In this document: positions 1-9,115 of the stretch, one piece after another
Position numbering within the stretch: position 1 is the stretch's first letter
How the letters are laid out: every line of letters begins with the position of its first letter
Source: a virus
Taxonomy: Duplodnaviria; Caudoviricetes
Length of the DNA stretch: 45,366 bases
Virus record (IMG/VR): IMGVR_UViG_3300039916_000023
Location: 1 to 45,366 of that record
Direction: 5' to 3' (one strand)
Position numbers and translations under genes: made by a program
Notes under the pieces: generated by a model
Database searches by the model: none
Seen by the model: only the letters and a program-made list of their open reading frames with translations
What the model was told of the DNA's origin: nothing

Positions 1-261
1 ATGGCTACAGCTCCCAAGACCGGCGGCATCCACGCCCCCGTCCAGCCCTCTCCCGAGCTCGGCGAGATCGTCGGCAACGACAAGCTGCCGCGCAGCGAAG
101 TGATCAGCAAGGTGTGGGTCTACATCAAGGCGCACAACCTCCAGAACCCCGAGAACAAGCGCGAGATTCTGGCTGACGAGAAGCTGAAGAAGGTCTTCGG
201 GCGTGACAAGTGCACGATGTTCGAGATGAACAAGTACATCTCGCAGCACGTCAAGGCCTAA
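1..261 (+). CDS. SWIB/MDM2 domain-containing protein (host gene)
   Basis: 86 aa with the SWIB signature SPELGEIVG..LPRSEVISKVWVYIKAHNLQNPENKREILADEKLKKVFG...MFEMNK; host-like GC3-rich codons. Confidence 0.93.
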   Translation: MATAPKTGGIHAPVQPSPELGEIVGNDKLPRSEVISKVWVYIKAHNLQNPENKREILADEKLKKVFGRDKCTMFEMNKYISQHVKA

Positions 262-283
262 CCGCCAGCACTGCACGGCAAGC

Positions 284-316
284 GGCGACGGGGCATCGTG
301 AGCGATACCCGTCGCC
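284..316 (+). terminator. GC-rich hairpin, possible terminator of the SWIB gene
   Basis: GGCGACGGG(284-292)/CCCGTCGCC(308-316) plus inner ATCG/CGAT; only a weak U-tract. Confidence 0.4.
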
Positions 317-444
317 CCTTGATCTGACCCGCCGAGGGGTCGTAATATCGAGATTATCGTCGTGGCTCGAACGTTACCGCGCACGACCGGACGCTAGCCT
401 CGCGCTTGATCGTCCCACCCGACCGGCGTATTGCGCCATCCGAT

Positions 445-483
445 GCCCCCGTAGCTCAGCCGGATAGAGCGACGGTTTCCTAA
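445..483 (+). pseudogene. 5' half of host tRNA-Arg(CCT), interrupted at the anticodon loop
   Basis: GCCCCCG-TA-GCTC-AGCCGGATA-GAGC-G-ACGGT-TTCCTAA followed by non-tRNA sequence; acceptor and anticodon stems pair perfectly with the fragment at 29515-29552. Confidence 0.92.
473..483 (+). repeat. Left att core (CGGTTTCCTAA)
   Basis: Identical 11-mer at 29504-29514; includes the 7-nt anticodon loop. Confidence 0.88.
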
Positions 484-555
484 TCATTCGGTGGATTGAC
501 TAAAAGCGTCGGTTTTTAGCGCTTCTTTGACGCACCTATAATCGCTTATCGGCTC

Positions 556-627
556 GGGGTAATCGCCGGGGGAACAAACGATTTCGCAAGTTGTTGGCGA
601 CGGCTACCCGGAAGGCTTGGGGGAACA
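556..627 (+). promoter_or_regulatory. Putative integrase arm-type binding sites, left end
   Basis: GGGGTAA (556-562) and GGGGGAACA (568-576, 619-627); the same motifs recur at 29358-29395. Confidence 0.55.
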
Positions 628-651
628 CCTTGGCTGACAAATGAACGGTGG

Positions 652-728
652 TGGTGACCCCAAGTGGATTTGAACCACTGGCCCCCAGATTAGGAATCTG
701 GTGCTCTATCCGGCTGAGCTATGGGGCC
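652..728 (-). tRNA. Island-encoded intact tRNA-Arg(CCT)
   Basis: 77-nt cloverleaf GGCCCCA-TA-GCTC-AGCCGGATA-GAGC-A-CCAGA-TTCCTAA-TCTGG-GGGCC-AGTGG-TTCAAAT-CCACT-TGGGGTC-ACCA with encoded CCA. Confidence 0.96.
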
Positions 729-741
729 ACGCACCACACTT

Positions 742-770
742 ACATAGTGATTGAAAATCGGGGGGTCCAG
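742..770 (-). promoter_or_regulatory. Sigma70-like promoter of the island tRNA
   Basis: Minus strand CTGGAC-N17-CTATGT, close to the alphaproteobacterial consensus CTTGAC-N17-CTATAT, 13 bp upstream of the tRNA. Confidence 0.55.
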
Positions 771-1191
771 AGCGGTCGCTTCGCGGGAATAGCAGGAATT
801 GCGTTAAATCTGTGCCCTGCAAACCCAGTCAGCCAACTCTGGATCATGCATTACATCCATCGTGTCGGAGCCCTTGGCGATAAACCGTTTCTCCACCGTA
901 GACTTGGCGTCGTTGCATTCGGTGCTCGCGAGGGCGTCGAGCACCAACGCAATGATGTGATCCGCCACCGTATCACCCATTAAATGCCCTTCTGAGAAGC
1001 AATATCGGCACAGGGGCTCCGTGTCAGCAAATGCTCTCCGACGGGCCTATAGGCGGCTGTACGGCCCCGCAAACTGGCGCTGCCACCTACCCGTCTGGTC
1101 GAAGGTCTGAACCGGCTGGCGAATGTGATGGGCTTGTCTTGCGCATGTTATTTAAGCAAGTCAGACAGGGCGATACTTACGGGGCAGACGG

Positions 1192-1524
1192 ATGAAGCGG
1201 GTTAATTGGTTGCTTGCGCTTGGCTTCATGGGACTATCACCCTCATCGGCGGTGGCAGAGAGCAAGATTGGCGTGGTCGCGTTTCGGATTAAGGGATGCG
1301 ATTATTACCCAGTGATCACGACAGGAGGGATTAGCATCCTCGAGTGGTTTGGCGGCTATGACCCAGATAAAGACGATCAGCTTGTCGGCGAAATCGAAAC
1401 GTACGGCTTCAAGAACGTCATCTTGCTACCGAATGAGCGCGAGAGCCGTGCTTGGATAGAAGACTATTGGCTCTCGAATGATCGGGCGATTGAGAAGCTT
1501 CGGGACAAGTGCAATCTTGATTGA
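1192..1524 (+). CDS. Secreted hypothetical protein
   Basis: N-terminal signal peptide ending AVA; GCDYY and EWFGGYDP motifs, two Cys. Confidence 0.75.
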   Translation: MKRVNWLLALGFMGLSPSSAVAESKIGVVAFRIKGCDYYPVITTGGISILEWFGGYDPDKDDQLVGEIETYGFKNVILLPNERESRAWIEDYWLSNDRAIEKLRDKCNLD

Positions 1525-1691
1525 TCGCGTGCGTACCGGCGGTCACAGGGAGGCACGTGATGGAATCGCAGTTTTAGCTCTTATTAGGCTCCGCCACCCA
1601 ATCGCCATGAAGGGCGAGATCGGCAAGAACAAGGCGTGACGGATTGCGGAACTCCAAACCTTATGCTTGTCTTGGTCAAAGGGGAGAGATC

Positions 1692-2141
1692 ATGCGTTTT
1701 ATCATCCTACTTACCGGGGCTTCCGCGCTGTTGCTGGGGTGTTCGCAGCAGCCGAATGAGGTGGCAGCGGCGAAAGACGACGCGCTGGCGAACACCGTGG
1801 TAGCTGCCACAGCAAAACCCGCACCAGCAAACGAAATGCCATCGTCAAATGCTGGCGCCTACGATGACCGTGGCAAGCAATTGGTTTGGATTGAGAAGGG
1901 CAAGGAGGCGATCAAGACTAAACTACGCGATCCCGACAGTGCCCAATTCCGAAACGTCGAATTTCATGCTGGCGGCGGCGTCCCGCTTGCTTGCGGAGAG
2001 GTCAACGGAAACAACGGCTTTGGCGGCAAGGCTGGTTATGAACGCTTCGTGGCCGCGAGCGACTCTATCGCGGTTTTAGAATCAGAGATGACGAGCAGCG
2101 CCGACATGGATGAGGTTTGGAATAAGTTTTGCTTGAGTTGA
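1692..2141 (+). CDS. Lipoprotein of a phage/island-associated family (LxDPDSAQF...CGEVN..N.FGG..G)
   Basis: RBS GGGGAG before ATG 1692; lipobox LLGC; conserved C-terminal motif. Confidence 0.8.
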   Translation: MRFIILLTGASALLLGCSQQPNEVAAAKDDALANTVVAATAKPAPANEMPSSNAGAYDDRGKQLVWIEKGKEAIKTKLRDPDSAQFRNVEFHAGGGVPLACGEVNGNNGFGGKAGYERFVAASDSIAVLESEMTSSADMDEVWNKFCLS

Positions 2142-2219
2142 GGCAGATGTTGCGCTTGCGGCATGGTTGGTACCGAGCGGGAGGCTATCTGTTTCCGTGC
2201 CTTTATCTACGCTTGCGCC

Positions 2220-2975
2220 ATGCCTAACTGCGCACTGTGCCTTGAAGACCGACCGCTGTTGAGGTCACACATCATCCCAGCGTTCCTGATCCGGTGGCGG
2301 AAGCGTGGGTTTGTGGTTCGGACAGCGGGTTTCATTGAGAATGCGTCGGTAGGCGAGCGTCTCAAGTATATGTTCGGACGTAAGGTTCAGGATGGACCCA
2401 AGCTCGCTTTGCTCTGCGCTGAATGCGAAGCGCGGCTGAATAAGTCTGAGACGATATTCTCGAAGATGGCGTTCGCCCCATTAGCGGGATCGTCTGACAA
2501 GGCACTGACATACGGTGCTTGGCTTCACCAGTTTTGCGCGGGGTTAATCTGGCGGTGCGTCCTGTATTGCGAGCGGCAAGGCACCGAGTTTCCCGAGTGG
2601 CGAGGCGCGATGGAGGCTTGGCGGTTGCACCTTCTCGGAGCGACCATCGATTGCTCTCCATACGAGCTTCACCTTCTCACCAACCTCGATGCGGAGCTGA
2701 CCGGTGAGGCACCCGAGAACCTCCCTGAAAACTGGAACGAGTTCATCAACTCCGGGTTCGCGCTCCACCTCGGGTTCAACGACGATATACCGGTAGCGAT
2801 TGTGAAGGTCGGCCACCTTGTCTTCATCGGCATCGGGAAGCCATTACCGAGACCTGACGAATGGACCGATAACCAAGTTCACCAAGCGGGTGGCGTCATC
2901 GGTGGGACGCATACGATGATCCCATTGGGTATCTATGATCATCTTCGTCAGATGGCTGACATTGCCCCCAGTTAA
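2220..2975 (+). CDS. Hypothetical protein with N-terminal HNH-like Zn-binding module
   Basis: CALC...SHIIP...LLCAECE..LN pattern; start may be 2163 or 2220. Confidence 0.65.
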   Translation: MPNCALCLEDRPLLRSHIIPAFLIRWRKRGFVVRTAGFIENASVGERLKYMFGRKVQDGPKLALLCAECEARLNKSETIFSKMAFAPLAGSSDKALTYGAWLHQFCAGLIWRCVLYCERQGTEFPEWRGAMEAWRLHLLGATIDCSPYELHLLTNLDAELTGEAPENLPENWNEFINSGFALHLGFNDDIPVAIVKVGHLVFIGIGKPLPRPDEWTDNQVHQAGGVIGGTHTMIPLGIYDHLRQMADIAPS

Positions 2976-3161
2976 GCCCGCCCTTGCTGATCGAACCGTC
3001 CATGCTCACCGAGCGATCTTGGTAGGCTACGACGGGTAAGGCAGACGACTTTTGGCATCCCCGTGCCCTTGATCGTCGCCGGGAAGCGTAAGCCACACTC
3101 TACCACGGTCAAACAGCGCCTTGTCGCCGCCCCCCTTCCCCCCCATGGGAAAATAGGCCAA

Positions 3162-3326
3162 TCAGACATCAATCTCGCGCTCACGCAGCGTCTCGGCCAA
3201 CGCATCCACTTATGGATCGCCCGGAGCGCCGTTCGTGCCTTCGTAGACGTCCTTCAACTCGTCGTCCGACATCGCCGCAATCTTGTCCTGATATTCGACC
3301 GCAGTAGCTTCGTGGTCATCTGCCAT
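3162..3326 (-). pseudogene. 54-codon acidic micro-protein with an internal stop
   Basis: AAGGGA RBS, MADDHEATAVEYQDKIAAMSDDELKDVYEGTNGAPGDP*VDALAETLREREIDV; in-frame TAA at 3210-3212. Confidence 0.45.
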
Positions 3327-3343
3327 GGCGGTTCCCTTGCGCC

Positions 3344-3553
3344 TCAACGCCCCGCCGCCTCAATGGTCGCCCGCCCTTTGCACCCGCATTGGCTGCAAAC
3401 CATGCGAGCCTGAGCTTTCGTCACAGTTGAGTTCACCCCTATGGCGTCGAGAAGGACGCGGGTACGGAGCGTGATCGTCCGATGGCACCGGCACCGAACA
3501 TGTACGAGCGTATGGCCTTCCACGAGGTCGATTAAAAGACGCTCGGGATTCAT
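3344..3553 (-). CDS. Small zinc-ribbon protein (CxC...CxxC)
   Basis: MNPERLL...VHVRCRCHRTITLR...MVCSQCGCKGRATIE; ATGA overlap with upstream paralog. Confidence 0.65.
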   Translation of the reverse strand: MNPERLLIDLVEGHTLVHVRCRCHRTITLRTRVLLDAIGVNSTVTKAQARMVCSQCGCKGRATIEAAGR

Positions 3554-3776
3554 CTCTCCACTGTCAGTACTGGCGAGACGATCACCGCACCCTTTTTGAA
3601 GCATCGCTTACATTTGAGTCGCGCCTTTGCCTTAGCGACCGGGATCGGCATCCCCCGAAGGTCGCAACGACGCTGGCAAAGGGTCGGTTGATGATGCGCC
3701 CGCACTCGCACTGAATCCGCATGTCTGCGCGGTGGCGCACATAATCCATGGTGGTTTCGAACCGTGCGGTGCTCAT
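3550..3776 (-). pseudogene. Frameshifted zinc-ribbon paralog
   Basis: MSTARFETTMDYVRHRADMRIQCECGR... continues as MPIPVAKAKARLKCKRCFKKG...VER* if the G5 run at 3652-3656 is read as G6. Confidence 0.6.
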
Positions 3777-3798
3777 GTATTAACCGAAAGCCCGCACG

Positions 3799-3990
3799 TC
3801 AGAGTTGTAGCCGAAGCTGCTCAGTCTCAACGTTCAGTGGCTGATACAGCGCCGCAAAGACGTGCTCACCAAGCTCCCGACGTGCTTCTGCCCCTAAACG
3901 CTCATTCGGGATGGTGAGGGCAACGAGCGCCCAGCCGGGGGCGTCACCGATAAGCTCGCCAATACGCTCCGGGGTGATGACGCTCGCCAT
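3799..3990 (-). CDS. Small hypothetical protein
   Basis: 63 aa, start overlaps the stop of the upstream ORF (TGATG). Confidence 0.65.
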   Translation of the reverse strand: MASVITPERIGELIGDAPGWALVALTIPNERLGAEARRELGEHVFAALYQPLNVETEQLRLQL

Positions 3991-4211
3991 CAGTTCAACG
4001 CTATCGGGAAGTGATCATCGAGCGAAAGCCCCCGGCGCTGGAACTCTGCCTCAATAGGGGCGAGCAACGACCAAGGACCATCTTTGATACACTGGAAATA
4101 GACCGTTTGAATTTCGCACGGTCGAAGCTCAGGGAGAATTTCCGCGATCAGATAGTGGGTCTGGGACAGTGGTTCAGCGCTGTGGCGCATCGACTCGGGT
4201 GCGTGTTCCAT
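3990..4211 (-). CDS. Small hypothetical protein, first gene of LexA-boxed operon
   Basis: 73 aa ending ...EAEFQRRGLSL; directly downstream of the LexA box. Confidence 0.6.
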   Translation of the reverse strand: MEHAPESMRHSAEPLSQTHYLIAEILPELRPCEIQTVYFQCIKDGPWSLLAPIEAEFQRRGLSLDDHFPIALN

Positions 4212-4213
4212 GA

Positions 4214-4228
4214 GAACAAATGTGGAAC
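4214..4228 (-). promoter_or_regulatory. Alphaproteobacterial LexA (SOS) box
   Basis: GAAC-AAATGTG-GAAC (GTTC-N7-GTTC on minus), 2 bp upstream of ATG 4211. Confidence 0.75.
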
Positions 4229-4519
4229 ATCAGTGGCAGCGTGTCAACTTCGGGGCGTGCGATTCCAAGAGGCGATCTCATCAGCTCGATGCTCCGCATC
4301 GAACAGCTATTTCTGCGCCTGCGTCGCACCGTCAAGTTACCGCTGTCTCGACAAGCAGCACGGCGGAAAGGTCCGTAACGGCAAAGTAGGCCACGCTTTC
4401 ATGACGCGGCGCTTTGAAGAAATTCAGAGACTGACACTCGAAGCAGCGCGTCCGTTCATCGTCTTCAACATTTTGTAGTGGTGTCGAGCAGAGCGACTAA
4501 TTGACCGTGATGGTGCCAA

Positions 4520-5167
4520 TCACGACTGGCTGCATTGCCCAATGAGTATGATCAGCAGCACGCAGCCACCAATCCAGATGATCGCTGTCGTAGTCTTGCT
4601 GCGCGCCGGTTCGAAAGCCGAAGCCCCTTCGGCGGGGGACGGTCGCGACGGGTGCCCAGTCGGTGCGGGGGTGTAGGGAACGGGAGTCCGAGGCGATGGG
4701 GTTGCGTACGTGGCGGACTGGGCAGAGAGGACGCGCCGTTTGGCGTCGGAGAACTCCTCCGAGGTCAGGTGCCCCTTTTCGCGCAGCGCTGCGAGGCGCT
4801 CCAACTCCTCCGCCGCGCTGCTCTTGCTGACGGTCGCAGGACGGCCCCCCTCGTTGATCCCTTGCTGAACGCTGTGGCGGATCGCTGCAAACACGGGTTC
4901 CTGATCGCGCGTGAACATAACCGCGTTCTCATCTTTGGTGGCTTCGAGCATTCCACCTCGGAACTCGCGTCCCCCGAGAATGGAGAACTGGATCATTCCC
5001 GCCATCATCGATCCCGCTGACCGAAACTGGACAGCGGTAATGCTTGTGAGCGGTATGTGCTTATCGCCTTGAAAGCCTTGGGTAAGCTTATTCGCCAGAC
5101 CCTTGCGTCGGATGATGATGCTATCCCCAGCGAACTCCACCGAGCCATTCGAACCGTCCGCAAACAT
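4520..5167 (-). CDS. DUF4429 + SHOCT domain membrane-anchored protein
   Basis: GSNGSVEF..D.IIIRRKG...KHIPLTSITAVQF...G.IQF...DENAVMF; SHOCT AEELERLAALREKGHLTSEEFSDAKRRVL; C-terminal TM. Confidence 0.82.
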   Translation of the reverse strand: MFADGSNGSVEFAGDSIIIRRKGLANKLTQGFQGDKHIPLTSITAVQFRSAGSMMAGMIQFSILGGREFRGGMLEATKDENAVMFTRDQEPVFAAIRHSVQQGINEGGRPATVSKSSAAEELERLAALREKGHLTSEEFSDAKRRVLSAQSATYATPSPRTPVPYTPAPTGHPSRPSPAEGASAFEPARSKTTTAIIWIGGCVLLIILIGQCSQS

Positions 5168-5408
5168 GCTACTTCCCCGCCTTGCGCTCGCCAAGAGTAA
5201 CGAACTCTGATCCAGCCGTGAGCTAAACCGAAGGTCTGAACAAATAGCCGACAGAGATCGGCCACGCGAGGATACGTCAGACGCTGCCTGAACGATCCGG
5301 TGACAGGCACCTGTGGCTCAGCGGATCGAGCCAGCGGCGTCATCATGAGACGGTGAGGCTTTCCGTAAGGGGGACATGTGCTACGCGCATGTTGGGGAGA
5401 TATGTTCC

Positions 5409-7244
5409 GTGAATCATCAGGCACTCGCATCATTCATCTGGTCGGTGGCCGACCTACTAAGGGGCGACTTCAAGCAGTCGGAATATGGACGCGTGATCCT
5501 GCCGTTTACGGTACTGCGTCGCCTCGACTGTGTTCTGGCACCGACGAAAGACGCCGTGCTGGCCGAACTCGCCGCTAAGCAGGCCGCTGGATTGAACCCG
5601 GAGGCGTTCCTTCTCCGCAAGGCCGAGCAGGGGTTCTACAACACTGATCCCCTCGATATCGGCAAGCTGATGGGCGATCAGGACAACATCCGCGCCAACC
5701 TCAACCGCTACGTTGAAGGCTTCTCGCCAGCCGTCCGTGACATATTTGAGCAGTTTGAGTTTCACGCCCAGATCGACCGGCTGGCCAAGACCGGTCTGCT
5801 GTATCAGGTCACCGAAAAGTTCGCAGGCATCGATCTCCATCCCTCGAAGGTTGATAACACCGCAATGGGCGGTGTGTTCGAGGAGTTGATCCGCAAGTTC
5901 GCCGAAATCTCTAACGAGACGGCGGGTGAGCACTTCACCCCGCGTGAGGTGATCCGCCTTATGGTCAACCTGCTGTTCGTGGAAGACGACGACGCCCTGA
6001 CCAAGCCGGGGATCGTCCGTACGATATACGATCCGACTGCGGGCACGGGCGGGATGCTGTCCATCGCGGGTGAGTATCTCACGGAGCACAATCCCAAGGG
6101 GCACCTGACGATGTTCGGTCAGGAACTGAACCCCGAGTCTTACGCGATCTGCAAGGCTGATATGCTCATCAAGGGGCAGGACATCGGCAACATCGCTCCC
6201 GGTAACACGCTGTCCGAGGATGGCCATTCGGGTCGCAGCTTCGATTACATGCTCTCAAATCCGCCGTTCGGGGTCGAGTGGAAGAAGGTCGAGAAGCAGG
6301 TTCGGGCCGAGCATGAGCAGAAGGGATATGATGGTCGCTTCGGACCCGGCCTGCCGCGCGTGTCAGATGGATCGCTGCTGTTCCTCATGCACCTCCTGTC
6401 CAAGATGCGCCCACTTAATGAGGGCGGATGTCGGTTCGGGATTGTCCTTAACGGCTCGCCGCTGTTCACGGGCGGTGCGGGCAGCGGAGAGAGTGAAATC
6501 CGGCGCTACGTGCTGGAAAACGACCTCGTTGAGGCGATTGTCGGCTTGCCGGTCGATATGTTCTACAACACCGGCATCTCAACGTATGTCTGGATCATCA
6601 GCAACCGCAAGCCCGAGGCGCGCCGGGGCAAGGTCCAGTTGATCGACGCCACCTCGATGTGGCGCAAGATGCGCAAGTCTTTGGGTTCTAAACGAAAGGA
6701 GATGTCCGACGAGCATATCGCTACACTGACCAAGCTGTTCGGCGGATTCACCGAGGCGCGCCTCGCCACCAGCTTCGACGCGGACAGCAAGGAAGTGGGC
6801 CGCACGGTAGTGATCGAAGGTGAGACAGTGCCCCCCGCGCCCGAGGGCGGCAAAGTCAAGCTCGCGCCGCTGTCGCGCATCTTCCCAAACAGCGCGTTCG
6901 GCTTCCGCACCATTACCGTCGAACGCCCGCTGCGCGATGAGTCAGGTAAGGTCGTGCTGGGTCAACGCGGCAAAGCGAAGGGCAAGCAGCAGGCCGACAG
7001 CGCGCTGCGCGACACGGAGAATGTGCCGCTCAGTGAGGATGTCGAGACCTACTTCGCGCGCGAAGTGCTGCCGCACGCTGAGGATGCGTGGATCGACCAC
7101 GACAAGACCAAGGTCGGCTATGAAATCCCCTTCTCGCGCCACTTCTATGTGTTTGAACCGCCGCGCCTTCTTACTGAGATCGACGCCGATCTTGAAGCTG
7201 TTACCAGCCGGATTAAAGGAATGCTGGAAGGGCTCGCCGCGTGA
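5409..7244 (+). CDS. hsdM: Type I restriction-modification methyltransferase subunit
   Basis: [31 protein letters not shown] (SAM binding), NPPF (catalytic); RBS GGGGAG before GTG 5409. Confidence 0.97.
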   Translation: MNHQALASFIWSVADLLRGDFKQSEYGRVILPFTVLRRLDCVLAPTKDAVLAELAAKQAAGLNPEAFLLRKAEQGFYNTDPLDIGKLMGDQDNIRANLNRYVEGFSPAVRDIFEQFEFHAQIDRLAKTGLLYQVTEKFAGIDLHPSKVDNTAMGGVFEELIRKFAEISNETAGEHFTPREVIRLMVNLLFVEDDDALTKPGIVRTIYDPTAGTGGMLSIAGEYLTEHNPKGHLTMFGQELNPESYAICKADMLIKGQDIGNIAPGNTLSEDGHSGRSFDYMLSNPPFGVEWKKVEKQVRAEHEQKGYDGRFGPGLPRVSDGSLLFLMHLLSKMRPLNEGGCRFGIVLNGSPLFTGGAGSGESEIRRYVLENDLVEAIVGLPVDMFYNTGISTYVWIISNRKPEARRGKVQLIDATSMWRKMRKSLGSKRKEMSDEHIATLTKLFGGFTEARLATSFDADSKEVGRTVVIEGETVPPAPEGGKVKLAPLSRIFPNSAFGFRTITVERPLRDESGKVVLGQRGKAKGKQQADSALRDTENVPLSEDVETYFAREVLPHAEDAWIDHDKTKVGYEIPFSRHFYVFEPPRLLTEIDADLEAVTSRIKGMLEGLAA

Positions 7245-9115
7245 GTTTCCCAGCTTACCCGAACTATAAGTATTCCGGCGTAAAGTGGCTGGGCGAGGTG
7301 CCGAGTCATTGGGAGGTGGCACCCCTCAAGCGACTGCTCGACATTCAAAACGGCGCTGATCACAAGCATGTTCAACAGGAAAACGGATACCCGGTGATCG
7401 GCTCAGGCGGACCGTTCACTTTTGCGTCCGATTTCCTTTTTGACGGGGAGTCCGTCCTTCTTGGCCGCAAGGGAACTATCGATAAGCCATTGTATGTGAC
7501 CGGCCGCTTCTGGACCGTCGATACGATGTACTGGTCCAAAATCCGACCCGGCGCGAATGGGCGCTTTGCCTTCTACGCGGCAACGACGATCCCCTTCACC
7601 TATTACTCGACCAACACGGCGCTGCCGAGCATGACTCAAACTGCGCTCAACGGGCACTTCATTGCTCGACCTCCGCTCAGCGAGCAGGTCGCCATTGCCG
7701 CCTTCCTCGGCCGCGAGACAGCCAAGATCGACGCGCTCATTGAGGAACAGCGGCGCTTGATCGCGCTGCTAAAGGAGAAGCGGCAAGCCGTCATCTCCCA
7801 TGCCGTCACCAAGGGCCTCAGACCTGACGCGCCGATGAAGGACAGCGGCATCGAATGGCTCGGCGACGTGCCCGCGCACTGGCAGCTACTGCCGTTGCGT
7901 CGCGTGGTGCAGCAGTTTGTGGATTATCGAGGAGCGACTCCGAATAAGGTCACTGAGGGCGTCCCCCTCATCACCGCCACGCAGATCAAGCATGGCCGTA
8001 TCGACCACAGTCTTGACCCCGTATTCATCAGCGAGGAAGAATATGCCGAGCGTATGACGCGCGGCTTTCCTGCTGTAGGCGACCTACTCCTGACGACAGA
8101 AGCGCCGCTCGGTGAGGTGGCGCTTGTGGATGAGGAGCGTGTCGCACCCGGTCAGCGCATCATCCTGATGAAGATGGCTGACCATTTGATGACCAGCGGC
8201 TACCTGCATGCTCATTTCCGATCCGACTTCGGCCACAGCGAGTTATGGACGCGGGCGAGCGGCTCGACGGCGAGCGGCATCCGTGCTGACCGGCTCCGGG
8301 GAAGCGCTGTGCTCATTCCTCCACTGGATGAGCAACAGCGTATCGTGAGCCACATCGAGCAGCAGACAAGCGCCTTTAATGAGGTGTTTGCGGTAGTCGC
8401 TCGCGGCATTCAACTTTTGAATGAGCGCCGTGCGGCGCTCATCTCCGCAGCCGTCACCGGCAAAATCGATGTGCGTGGCTCAGCGAAAGTGCTGCCGTTC
8501 CCGGTTGATCGTGTCCGAGCGCGCGGACTGATCGCCACCGAGATCATCGAGCGGTCGGCGCATCAGGCCACCTTTGGCCGGGTTAAGTTCCAGAAGATCG
8601 CCTTTCTCGCTGAGGCGCATGTCGGCATCAACGAGATTGAGGGCTCCTATACGCGAGAGGCGGCTGGGCCACTCGACCGCATACTAATCGATGAAATGGA
8701 GAGTGGCGCTCGCAGCATCGCAGGGATCGAGCATGAGCAACCGGGTGGTCCCGGCACCACCGTCAGCTATCGTCTCGGTGAACAGCCCGGAGCACATCGC
8801 CAAGAACTTGCCGATTGGCTCGGCGCGGAACGCACTGCCAAGCTCGACAAACTGATCGCTAACTGCGGGAGCCTTAACACTAAGCAGGCTGAGGCCGTCG
8901 CGACGCTTTACGGCGTGTGGAACGACGCGCTCCGTGTCGGAGCGTCGCCGACTGACGACGAGATCATCAGTGGTTTTCTCGACGACTGGCATCCCGAAAA
9001 GCGCGATAAGTTCCGGTCCAGCGACCTTCTCGAATGGCTGGGCTGGATGCGCCGCCATGGCGTCGTGCCGAACGGCTCAGGCCCTAAAACCACAACCGGA
9101 AGGTTCTTTGTATGA
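7241..9115 (+). CDS. hsdS: Type I R-M specificity subunit with ~210-aa C-terminal extension
   Basis: Two WLGxVPxHW...PPLxEQ repeats, conserved spacer helices ending [11 protein letters not shown], then an additional domain. Confidence 0.95.
   Translation: MSFPAYPNYKYSGVKWLGEVPSHWEVAPLKRLLDIQNGADHKHVQQENGYPVIGSGGPFTFASDFLFDGESVLLGRKGTIDKPLYVTGRFWTVDTMYWSKIRPGANGRFAFYAATTIPFTYYSTNTALPSMTQTALNGHFIARPPLSEQVAIAAFLGRETAKIDALIEEQRRLIALLKEKRQAVISHAVTKGLRPDAPMKDSGIEWLGDVPAHWQLLPLRRVVQQFVDYRGATPNKVTEGVPLITATQIKHGRIDHSLDPVFISEEEYAERMTRGFPAVGDLLLTTEAPLGEVALVDEERVAPGQRIILMKMADHLMTSGYLHAHFRSDFGHSELWTRASGSTASGIRADRLRGSAVLIPPLDEQQRIVSHIEQQTSAFNEVFAVVARGIQLLNERRAALISAAVTGKIDVRGSAKVLPFPVDRVRARGLIATEIIERSAHQATFGRVKFQKIAFLAEAHVGINEIEGSYTREAAGPLDRILIDEMESGARSIAGIEHEQPGGPGTTVSYRLGEQPGAHRQELADWLGAERTAKLDKLIANCGSLNTKQAEAVATLYGVWNDALRVGASPTDDEIISGFLDDWHPEKRDKFRSSDLLEWLGWMRRHGVVPNGSGPKTTTGRFFV

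Noticed and set aside
648-983. 111-aa ORF starting MVVTPSGFEPLAPRLG
   Set aside because: Translation of the antisense strand of the tRNA at 652-728; a common artefact
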